From Anaerovoracaceae bacterium (GTDB lineage Bacteria > Bacillota > Clostridia > Peptostreptococcales > Anaerovoracaceae), in NCBI GenBank assembly GCA_052169645.1, contig JBQNCA010000004.1, forward strand, positions 25,801-89,800: a stretch of DNA of 64,000 bases, in the 5' to 3' direction. The notes under the pieces were generated by a model. It did no database searches and was not told where the DNA came from. It worked only from the letters and a program-made list of their open reading frames with translations. Position numbers and translations under genes: made by a program. Shown in pieces: positions 28,270-36,561 of this stretch; the stretch's first letter is position 1, and each line of letters begins with the position of its first letter.

Positions 28270-29901
28270 TTATTTATATTGAGCAAAGAAATTCAATATT
28301 CCTGTACAATCCGTCTGTGCTATGGAATTTCTGAAAGAATCCTTTTTAAGCTTTTGGCATTCTTCATAATTTGTGTAGAAACCGTGTTCTATCAGAATTG
28401 AAGGCATAGTCGTATTCTTTATGACATAGAAATTTGCAGTCTTTGTTCCTCTCATCTTACTGAACAGTCCTGATGCCTTAGTCGCATCCGACAATACTTT
28501 AGCCGCTTTTTCAGCAATCGTACCCTTGTTCCATGAATAAATTTCCCAACCTGAAGGGGAAGTCCATCTATTTCCCGGACCGCTGGCATTTGAATGTATA
28601 CTTACGAATAAATCCACATCACCTGCATTATTTGCAACAGCAACCCTGTCTTTGAGCGAAGGATCCGTCTTATCATCCTTAGCTACCGTCATTATAACCT
28701 GTATACCGTTTGCTTCAAGCAACGGTTTAAGCTTATATGCAACGGAGCGGTTAAATTCCCACTCCATAAGGCTGCTGTCGGGACTGCGCTTGCCGCCTGT
28801 TGTTTTACCGTGCCCCGGATCGAGGCAGACTACCAACTTTCCGTCAGCATAAGGATTATAAGGGAATTTTCCTACAGTATCATTATTTATATTTGAAATA
28901 ACCGCAGGAGGTGTTGTTTCCGGTGCCGTCGGATTGTTGCCGGAATCAATTGAACCCGTATTTCCGCTCTGTGTACCGCTTCCGTCAGTATTAGGCGGAT
29001 TTGCGGGATTAGGCGTAACAACAGCGCCGTTTGAATTTTCCCTAAAAGCGAGATACATGATATTTCCGTTTGAGGAGTAAGATATGTCAGGCTGAACCTT
29101 TGTCTTAAGATCGATTACAACTCTTGCCGTTCCGTCGGAAGGATTTCCCGTACGCATGGAAGTGATATTGGAAGCCGACTCGTTAAAGCTTATGGAGCTT
29201 TTAACCGAAGATTTGAAATCCGTATTAGGAAAATCAATAAAATACCTCGTAGGCGATCCGAGCCATTCTCCCGAATATCCGCCGCTTTTAAGCGATTTGT
29301 CCGCAGAAATTTCTACAACCGTATATGTATTTTTGTTGTCACCCGATATATTTTTTCCTCCGGAAATCGAAAGATTATTTATCGTTTGAACTGCTTTCGG
29401 TGTTTTATTCTGATTTGAAGCCGTATCGGCGTCCGGTTTCCGAGAATTTGTATTTATTGAAACCACTCTGTTTTTTCCGTCCCAGCCCACCTGATATCCG
29501 AAGCTTTCCGATATCAGCCTTATCGGAACCATAGTCCTGCCTCCGCCGTATTTATCTACGGTAACTATGCTCGGAGCGACATCCATAGTGATATTTTTCC
29601 CGTTTACGGAAGCTGTCTTTGAGCCGATGTTCAAATTTACCGTAGTGCTTCCGTATTTGAGAGTAACACCTCTCGTCGCACCGTTCCATTCGGCACTTCC
29701 GCCCAGATAATCCACAATAGTGGCGACCGGCACAAGTGTCCTTCCGTTTTCTATAACAGGTTCGGCGTCGGTTTCTACGGTTTTTCCGTTTATTTGAACA
29801 GTGCAGCTTGCAGCATTCACCGTAATAGGAAAGAGCAAAAGCAACATAAATATAGTTACTGCAATTGCAGCGAACAGACTTTTATTATTTTTGCATATCA
29901 T
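28270..29901 (-). CDS. N-acetylmuramoyl-L-alanine amidase (Amidase_3) with copper-amine-oxidase-like N-terminal and AMIN-like domains
   Basis: Signal peptide. NGRTLVPVATIVDYLGG / TMVPIRLISESFG repeats. RVVIDLK middle domain. C-terminal CLDPGHG...SIHSNA...E catalytic pattern. Confidence 0.85.
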   Translation of the reverse strand: MICKNNKSLFAAIAVTIFMLLLLFPITVNAASCTVQINGKTVETDAEPVIENGRTLVPVATIVDYLGGSAEWNGATRGVTLKYGSTTVNLNIGSKTASVNGKNITMDVAPSIVTVDKYGGGRTMVPIRLISESFGYQVGWDGKNRVVSINTNSRKPDADTASNQNKTPKAVQTINNLSISGGKNISGDNKNTYTVVEISADKSLKSGGYSGEWLGSPTRYFIDFPNTDFKSSVKSSISFNESASNITSMRTGNPSDGTARVVIDLKTKVQPDISYSSNGNIMYLAFRENSNGAVVTPNPANPPNTDGSGTQSGNTGSIDSGNNPTAPETTPPAVISNINNDTVGKFPYNPYADGKLVVCLDPGHGKTTGGKRSPDSSLMEWEFNRSVAYKLKPLLEANGIQVIMTVAKDDKTDPSLKDRVAVANNAGDVDLFVSIHSNASGPGNRWTSPSGWEIYSWNKGTIAEKAAKVLSDATKASGLFSKMRGTKTANFYVIKNTTMPSILIEHGFYTNYEECQKLKKDSFRNSIAQTDCTGILNFFAQYK

Positions 29902-30418
29902 TAATCAAACCTCCCTCTACTTTATGTAGCATAATTTTAACATAGACATTTTTCAATGGCTATGTTTACAATCGTATTGTAATACAAATTCAATTTGCCT
30001 AACATAAGGTAATATTAAAATCAGACAGTATCACACAATCTTTAAATTGCGTGTACCTCTGTGATGCTATCATAAAATACAATGATTTAGATGACAGGAT
30101 AATTTATTATCATATTTCTATATTTTACATCCATAATATATACAGATGCACAAATATCAGATATTTTCAAAGACTTTAATAATAATTAAGAAAAACGCTG
30201 TATCCGCTAAGGAGTAAATCTGCTTTCCAAAAAGGAATCCTCGGTTCAACTTTTGAGGTAGGCTCAGAATCCGAAAAATGAAGAAAAATAATAAAACAGC
30301 GGCTTTGACGAGCATATGCAAATAACGGATTGAATCCCATAGACATAGCTTTTCAAAGCTGCTGTGTTTATAATTAATTCGATTTTTTAAATTATATCTT
30401 TATATAAAATCAAATCCG

Positions 30419-30766
30419 TCAGTCAAAATCATGCTCAAATTCATCAAGAGCCGCCAACAGTACCGTTGTGGTATATGCAACGCTCGGACCGCCTCCGAAA
30501 GCTATTGCAACCTCTGCCGCTGCAAGAATTTCAGCTCGTGTCGCACCTGCCTGATAAGCATTTCTCGTATGTGCGCAGATGCAATACTGGCAACGATTAT
30601 ACACACCTATAGCTACGCTTATAAGCTCTCTTGTCTTGTCGGAAATTACTCCGCCGCCCGCACTGTCATCCATATTCATGAATTTCTTAAGAAAATCTCC
30701 GTTTGACTCTGAGACTACGCCTACGCCGTTCATAAAATCATTTAAAATTTCTCTTGCATTGACCAT
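30419..30766 (-). CDS. carboxymuconolactone decarboxylase / AhpD-like family protein
   Basis: 115 aa with the CQYCICAH (CxxC...H) motif. Strong RBS AAAGGAG. Confidence 0.85.
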   Translation of the reverse strand: MVNAREILNDFMNGVGVVSESNGDFLKKFMNMDDSAGGGVISDKTRELISVAIGVYNRCQYCICAHTRNAYQAGATRAEILAAAEVAIAFGGGPSVAYTTTVLLAALDEFEHDFD

Positions 30767-30994
30767 GGTATTTTCTCCTTTATGTCAATTAAGATACAAC
30801 TGAACTGCTTCTTGCAACAAATTGTATTATGAAATAAAAAAAATGTATAAAATTTCACACACAATTATTGCAGAATCCGTTATATTAATAATTGTATTAA
30901 TTATTACACTTGTTGTCAATTACAAGCTTTATACAAATCAAAATTTAAACCATGTTCAAATCAAAACTTAAAAGTCGGGAGTTTGTCGAGAGCT

Positions 30995-31095
30995 AGTCGA
31001 GGGACTTCTTTCTGCAAAATAAGCTCGCGCTTTATCTCATCAGGTTCGTACATCGAGTCGGGGACTTCTTTTCGCAAAATATTGTCGACCTTTAT
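30995..31095 (+). repeat. two ~40-bp imperfect direct repeats, 61-bp period
   Basis: AGTCGAGGGACTTCTTTCTGCAAAATAAGCTCGCGCTTTAT (30995-31035) versus AGTCGGGGACTTCTTTTCGCAAAATATTGTCGACCTTTAT (31056-31095). They lie in a 528-bp divergent intergenic region. Confidence 0.7.
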
Positions 31096-31294
31096 AATAT
31101 AAACCTGTTTCACAAAGTTTCAGCTGCATTTAAAAAATTTCATATCTTATGAATAACTGATTTATATTCCATTATCATGATAATGCTTGTAAAATATATA
31201 GTATGTTTTATGATTTTTATTTTGTTACAGCTGAGAATACAATTTTCACTTCCCAATAATAATTTACAAAAAATATTTACAGGAGGTTTCCTTA

Positions 31295-31825
31295 ATGCAT
31301 TATTTTTTAACCGGTGAAAGGCAGGTAGGTAAAAGCACTCTCATCAATAAGCTCATATCTGAAACCGGAGCATCCGTCGGAGGTTTTCGCACTTCCTTCG
31401 ATAAAAACCGTTTTACATCCGCACACAGAAATCTGTATATGTATGATGCCGCCAAATCATTTATTCCCGATGATGAGCATATAATTTGCCGGATGATTCC
31501 CGGTGAGATACTTCCCCGCACGGAAAGATTCGACACACTGGGAAGCACCTATATAAACCGTGCCCTTAAAAACAGCTGTGAACTTCTCATAATGGATGAA
31601 TGCGGCAGACTGGAAAATAAAGCTGAGATTTTCAAAGCTTCCGTGATTAAGGCTCTGGATAAAGCGCCTTTGGTTTTGGGTGTAATCCAAATCGAACTGC
31701 CAAAGTGGACTGAAGCAATCTTCAATCGTCCCGATGTGGAGCTTGTGCACATAAGCATTGAAAACAGAGATTACGAAACAAAACGCCTTATTGATGCGGT
31801 AAGAAAAGAGCTTATCGTGCAATAA
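31295..31825 (+). CDS. P-loop NTPase (THEP1/NTPase_1-like)
   Basis: Walker A GERQVGKST and Walker B LLIMDECG. About 176 aa, a single domain. RBS AGGAGG. Confidence 0.6.
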   Translation: MHYFLTGERQVGKSTLINKLISETGASVGGFRTSFDKNRFTSAHRNLYMYDAAKSFIPDDEHIICRMIPGEILPRTERFDTLGSTYINRALKNSCELLIMDECGRLENKAEIFKASVIKALDKAPLVLGVIQIELPKWTEAIFNRPDVELVHISIENRDYETKRLIDAVRKELIVQ

Positions 31826-31990
31826 ATTTTAATTTTCAAGTCAACTCTCATACATAAACAACAACTTGAAAAAGCAAGTTTACAAGCCTTATAAATAAAA
31901 AACTATTTGTGTTGCCGCATTACAGATTGGCTAAAAAATATACTTCATCGGAATTCCAATAAAAGCATTTGAATATATCAGGAGGACATA

Positions 31991-32542
31991 ATGAAAAAAA
32001 TATCCGTCATACTCATAGCTCTGCTGCTTATAACAGGCATCGCAGGAGCAATAGCATACTATCTGTTTTCAGACAATTTCAACCTCATGAGCCATGAAAT
32101 CTTGAGTGAAAATGAAAAATATTCTATGAAAGTTCCTATCTTATGGAAAGCCTGCCCTCCTACATCGGATCAGGGGGTATTGGCAGCACAAAGCAAAGAC
32201 GGTTCAACCTTTGTAAACGTATCCATAGATTCCAAATATCTGCAAAACGGTGAAACTGTAGAAGAATATGTATATTCATATATAAATCGCATAGCCGAGA
32301 ACAGCGATAATCCTCTTATACAGGTATTGACGGTCGCACCTAAACAAGTTCAGTTAGGCGATAAAACAGGTTATTACTTTGAACTGGATACTTCTGCGGG
32401 AAATGTAATGCTTCACACTTGGGACTTTGTCTATACTTCATCAAACGGTTACATTCATATAGATGTAGCTGCCAAGGGTGACAATCAGGAAAAAATGAAG
32501 GATATATCCAAAGGAATAATGGAGTCTTTTAAAATAAATTAA
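31991..32542 (+). CDS. hypothetical membrane-anchored protein (N-terminal TM helix plus ~150-aa extracytoplasmic domain)
   Basis: RBS AGGAGG. MKKISVILIALLLITGIAGAIAYYLF anchor. Ends 12 nt before the next gene. Confidence 0.6.
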   Translation: MKKISVILIALLLITGIAGAIAYYLFSDNFNLMSHEILSENEKYSMKVPILWKACPPTSDQGVLAAQSKDGSTFVNVSIDSKYLQNGETVEEYVYSYINRIAENSDNPLIQVLTVAPKQVQLGDKTGYYFELDTSAGNVMLHTWDFVYTSSNGYIHIDVAAKGDNQEKMKDISKGIMESFKIN

Positions 32543-32554
32543 GCAGGTATCAAA

Positions 32555-35128
32555 ATGAAAAAGATCGTTATAGGAATATTGGCTCATGTAGACTCGGGAA
32601 AAACGACTCTTTCCGAGTCTCTGCTCTATCATGCCGGAATTATCAGAAAGCTCGGTCGTGTCGACCACGGCGATTCGGTGCTGGATAACGAAATTACGGA
32701 GCGCAAACGAGGCATTACTATATTTTCAAAGCAGGCAATTATACAACACAACAATGTTTACATGACATTGCTGGACACTCCCGGTCATGCCGACTTCGGC
32801 GCTGAAGCCGAGCGCAGCTTAGATGTTTTGGATGCTGCCATACTTGTAATCAGCGCTTCCGAGGGAATACAGAGTCATACCGTGACACTTTGGCGTCTTT
32901 TAGAGCATCATAATGTCCCTGTATTTGTATTCATCAATAAAACGGATCTCATACACAAAGCTCATGATGAGCTTATAAACGAATTTTCCGAGAACTTCGG
33001 CGACGGCTTTGCGGATTTTACCGCAGCAGATAATGACAATATTGCCATATGCGATGAGGCTCTTCTGAACGACTATGTAAAGACTGGAAAGCTGAGCCTT
33101 GAGTTGATACAGGATGCTGTTATGCATCGCAGACTCTTTCCGTGCTTTTCCGGCTCGGCTTTGAAGCTGGACGGTACCGCCGAATTTCTCGACGAGCTTT
33201 TAAAATATGCGTTAAGCAAAGATGCCCGCTCCTCATTCGGAGCAAAGGTATACCGCATTTCACGAGATTCTCAGGGTCAACGTCTCACTCATATGAAGAT
33301 TACCGGCGGTTCTCTCGCAGTTAAAAATACAGTAGGCAACGAAAAGATAAACGAAATTCGTTTTTACACGGGCGGAAAATATACTACGGCGGATATTGCG
33401 GAAGCCGGAACCGTATGTGCAGTAACCGGACTTGAACTCAGCTATCCGGGTATGGGAATAGGATGCGAGCGGGATATGAGCGAAGCTTTGCTTGAGCCTG
33501 TAATGACATATACCGTTATAATTGAAGATTCAACACTTCCTCATGTCGTTCTTGAGAAGCTTAAACTGCTCGAAGAAGAGCTGCCCGAGCTTAATGTTGT
33601 CCGTATAGAGGCTTTGCAGGAAATTCATATTCAGACTATGGGTGCGGTTCAGCTTGAAGTCATAGAAGCTTTGATGTCGGAAAGATTCGGAATAAGGATA
33701 AGCTTCGGACAGGGAAACATACTTTACAAGGAGACCATTGCCGCCTCAGTTGAAGGCGTCGGACATTTTGAGCCGCTTCGCCACTACGCCGAGGTGCATC
33801 TTTTAATGGAGCCGGGTGAAAGAGGCAGCGGCATATCTATCAGTGCCGATTGCAGTACCGACTATGGAGATATATCCCGTCAAAGGGTGATATTGAGCCA
33901 TATTGCAGAAAAGGTCCACTCCGGAATATTGACAGGTTCGCCGCTCACCGATACGAAAATAACTCTCATTGCATGGCGTGCAAGCAATGTCCATACCGAG
34001 GGCGGCGATTTCAGACAGGCGACCCTCCGAGCGGTGCGGCAGGGTCTTTCGGAAGCCGGCTGTATTCTCCTTGAGCCTTGGTACAGCTTCACCGCAACTC
34101 TGCCGTCCGAAAGCATAGGTCGCCTTGTAAACGATATTCAACAGTTGGGCGGGAGCACAGATGCTCCTGAAATATCCGGTGCCCAAGCTATAGTCAGGGG
34201 GCGTGCTCCGTTAAACGGTATGCAGGACTATTCCACGACCCTCAAGTCATATACGAAGGGCAGCGGCAATATAGTAATTGTAAATGACGGTTACGACATA
34301 TGTCATAATGCTGACGAAGTTATTGCCGCTTTTAATTACGATCCTGAGCGTGATACTGAAAATCCGTCCTCATCCATATTCTGTGAACACGGTAGCGGAG
34401 TTACAGTCCCGTGGCAGGAGGTGAAATCACGCATGCATATCGAAAGTGCGCGGCGGCAGGCTTCAAATGCTCCGGCGGGCGATGGCTGTGCGGGTGCAGG
34501 CTTTGATGCGGGAGCCGGAGCTGCAAAAAATACCCTACACGATATAAGCTCCGAAGAAGAGGATAAGCAGCTGCAGGCAATATTTGAAAAAACCTTCGGG
34601 CCCTCCAAAAAAGCCGGATTGCATAAAGCTCCAAAATATTTGATGCCGAATAACTCTGAGAATACGCATTCCGCCAAGCCTTACAGAGGCAGAGAAAATC
34701 CTTATAAAGAAGATTATATTATCGTCGACGGCTACAACCTCATATATGCATGGAAGGAATTAAAAGAACTTTCCGAGCAGGATTTCGGAGCGGCACGAGA
34801 AAAGCTTATCGGAATACTTGCAAATTACAGAGCTTTTATAGGCTGTCATATGCTGATAGTATTTGACGCATATAAAGTAAAAAACGGCATGGGCAGTATA
34901 GAAAAAGTTCACGGTATAGATGTGGTTTATACCCGTGAAGCTCAAACCGCCGATGCCTATATAGAAAAAGTAAGCTATGAAATAAGCAAAGCTTATCGTG
35001 TCAGAGTCGTAACCTCCGACAGAATGGAACAGCTCATCATACTCGGAAACGGTGCTCTCAGAGTTTCCTCACAAGCTTTCATAGAAGAAATCAGTTCCGT
35101 TGAAAACGAGATCAGGGATTTTTTGTAG
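32555..35128 (+). CDS. translational GTPase (TetM/TetO/EF-G-like, five-domain) fused to a C-terminal YacP/Rae1-type NYN endoribonuclease domain
   Basis: G1 AHVDSGKT, G2 RGITI, G3 DTPGH, G4 NKTD. LFPCFSGSALK, ILYKETI and LLEPWYSFTATLP resemble TetM domains as I recall that sequence. About 120 aa of low-complexity linker. Residues 721-857 (nt 34715-35125) have IIVDGYNLIYAW, LIVFDA, QTADAYIEK and VVTSDRMEQLIILGNGALRVS, resembling B. subtilis YacP as I recall it. Confidence 0.85.
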   Translation: MKKIVIGILAHVDSGKTTLSESLLYHAGIIRKLGRVDHGDSVLDNEITERKRGITIFSKQAIIQHNNVYMTLLDTPGHADFGAEAERSLDVLDAAILVISASEGIQSHTVTLWRLLEHHNVPVFVFINKTDLIHKAHDELINEFSENFGDGFADFTAADNDNIAICDEALLNDYVKTGKLSLELIQDAVMHRRLFPCFSGSALKLDGTAEFLDELLKYALSKDARSSFGAKVYRISRDSQGQRLTHMKITGGSLAVKNTVGNEKINEIRFYTGGKYTTADIAEAGTVCAVTGLELSYPGMGIGCERDMSEALLEPVMTYTVIIEDSTLPHVVLEKLKLLEEELPELNVVRIEALQEIHIQTMGAVQLEVIEALMSERFGIRISFGQGNILYKETIAASVEGVGHFEPLRHYAEVHLLMEPGERGSGISISADCSTDYGDISRQRVILSHIAEKVHSGILTGSPLTDTKITLIAWRASNVHTEGGDFRQATLRAVRQGLSEAGCILLEPWYSFTATLPSESIGRLVNDIQQLGGSTDAPEISGAQAIVRGRAPLNGMQDYSTTLKSYTKGSGNIVIVNDGYDICHNADEVIAAFNYDPERDTENPSSSIFCEHGSGVTVPWQEVKSRMHIESARRQASNAPAGDGCAGAGFDAGAGAAKNTLHDISSEEEDKQLQAIFEKTFGPSKKAGLHKAPKYLMPNNSENTHSAKPYRGRENPYKEDYIIVDGYNLIYAWKELKELSEQDFGAAREKLIGILANYRAFIGCHMLIVFDAYKVKNGMGSIEKVHGIDVVYTREAQTADAYIEKVSYEISKAYRVRVVTSDRMEQLIILGNGALRVSSQAFIEEISSVENEIRDFL

Positions 35129-35654
35129 CCAAAATTTGTGCTTCCTCATCCGTAAAATATTGCCCATGATCATCAAAATATCCGCCATAGTACTCATTTA
35201 TATAAATATACTCAAATCTGTCTACGGCTCCGTCATGATTTATATCACAGCTGCTGTCATATCCATACTCGCCCGGAAACAGTGGAAACATTAAATCGGC
35301 GCTTGAAATACTTTTCCGGCTTTGCTTTGATGTTTCCGATTTATATGCAGTACTCTGTCCCTTGTCGGAATCGACAGATACCTCTTTTCCTCGTACACCG
35401 GTCGAAGCTTTAACAGCTTTCTCTTCGTTAATTTTATTATCATCGACCTGTTCTTCATCAATTTTATTATAATCGACTTTATTTTCTTCAATCCGCTCTT
35501 CATTAATTTTATTGTCTTCACAGGTCGATTTCGAACTGTCCTTCGGATTACCGCCTTTGGAATAAACATTCATCATAATAACAGCAATCACAACGCCGAT
35601 TACAATCCCGATTATCACAGCTGCTGCAATAGACAGCTTCATTTTTTTAGACAT
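35112..35654 (-). CDS. hypothetical membrane-anchored protein with acidic 10-aa tandem repeats and a canonical EF-hand Ca-binding loop
   Basis: RBS GGGGGAG. TM LSIAAAVIIGIVIGVVIAVIMM. Repeats of the form (V/I)D(D/Y)NKI(N/D)EE. EF-hand loop DINHDGAVDRFE (nt 35211-35246). The 3' end overlaps the convergent GTPase-NYN gene by 17 nt. Confidence 0.6.
   Translation of the reverse strand: MSKKMKLSIAAAVIIGIVIGVVIAVIMMNVYSKGGNPKDSSKSTCEDNKINEERIEENKVDYNKIDEEQVDDNKINEEKAVKASTGVRGKEVSVDSDKGQSTAYKSETSKQSRKSISSADLMFPLFPGEYGYDSSCDINHDGAVDRFEYIYINEYYGGYFDDHGQYFTDEEAQILATKNP
35418..35519 (-). repeat. in-frame ~30-nt tandem repeats
   Basis: The plus strand shows recurring AATTTTATTnTnATCGAC units, encoding the NKI(N/D)EE repeats. 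Confidence 0.6.
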
Positions 35655-35735
35655 GATGCTCCCCCGATCCGTTCGAATTCCAAAAAGACAACATGCTCAC
35701 ACGTCCATGCTGTCTTTTGTGATTTTAATATTTGA

Positions 35736-36545
35736 TTATTGAATTCTCCTGCTCTCCCCCGTTCTATAATTTATTTCCACTCCCGGTTGAACATTGTAGC
35801 AGAAAACATTATAGCAGATGCCTTCTCCCTCGTCCTCTACGGAATAAGCTTCCATTTGCACGCCTCTCGCCACAAGATCAGATTCTACAAAAATAGGTGT
35901 TACTCTGTACATAACGTGATTGCCGGTATCTCTTACATAATCTCCGACTTCTTCCTCATAAGGAAGCATTCCGTATACATTCATATAGCGGGTTCCCGTA
36001 ATCAGATTCTTATCGTTGGCATTTTCCCCTGCAAGCTGAAATGCTATCAGATGACAACGGTTGTACAGATATTTTCCGTCGACCAAATCATCATATCTTA
36101 TCGTATGCCAGCCTGAAGGCTTTACCATGCCTATACTTCCTCGTTTTTCCGTAGGCATTAAATCTTTGCCTATGCATGCCGTTGCTTCTCCGCATCTGCC
36201 GAGCTCATCGAGCGTGCTGTATTCTTCATATGAAGATGTCGTCAGATCGTGCTGAGTAAATGCCGGAATATTCTTTGAAATCACCTCGACAGGATTTCCG
36301 TTGTAATCGGGAATGATACCTTGCAGCAGGGTTTTCTCGGTGATGCGATACCCTTCCGTGCTCCCCGGAGCATCCGCCGTTCCGCTGTCTGAAATATGTA
36401 TCGTATGTGTCTCGGTATCTCCGTTTGTTACAGGACCTCCTGTACCGTTGGAATTATGTTCCATATGATTCATACCGTAACTTCCCGCAATAATAACAAG
36501 AAGTATCGGTATAAGAGTCATAAGCGTATTTGATTTTTTTTTCAT
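35736..36545 (-). CDS. secreted/membrane-anchored DNA/RNA non-specific endonuclease (DNA-entry nuclease type)
   Basis: N-terminal anchor MKKKSNTLMTLIPILLVIIAG. Core YNRCHLIAFQLAGENANDKNLITGTRYMN resembles the beta-beta-alpha-metal nuclease family usually annotated as DNA-entry nuclease in Firmicutes. Confidence 0.75.
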   Translation of the reverse strand: MKKKSNTLMTLIPILLVIIAGSYGMNHMEHNSNGTGGPVTNGDTETHTIHISDSGTADAPGSTEGYRITEKTLLQGIIPDYNGNPVEVISKNIPAFTQHDLTTSSYEEYSTLDELGRCGEATACIGKDLMPTEKRGSIGMVKPSGWHTIRYDDLVDGKYLYNRCHLIAFQLAGENANDKNLITGTRYMNVYGMLPYEEEVGDYVRDTGNHVMYRVTPIFVESDLVARGVQMEAYSVEDEGEGICYNVFCYNVQPGVEINYRTGESRRIQ

Positions 36546-36561
36546 TTACTATATATCTTTT

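Noticed and set aside
30268-30315. 15-codon ORF MKKNNKTAALTSICK downstream of the AhpD-like gene.
   Set aside because: It is too short, has a weak RBS and no supporting context.
30961-31100. A CRISPR array.
   Set aside because: Only two full imperfect repeats are present, with about 20-nt spacers that resemble the repeat flanks, and no cas genes.
32555-34480. Calling the GTPase module a tetracycline-resistance ribosomal protection protein (tetM/tetO).
   Set aside because: The similarity is at family level only. There is no mobile-element context, and the C-terminal NYN fusion argues for a different role. A resistance phenotype cannot be inferred from sequence.
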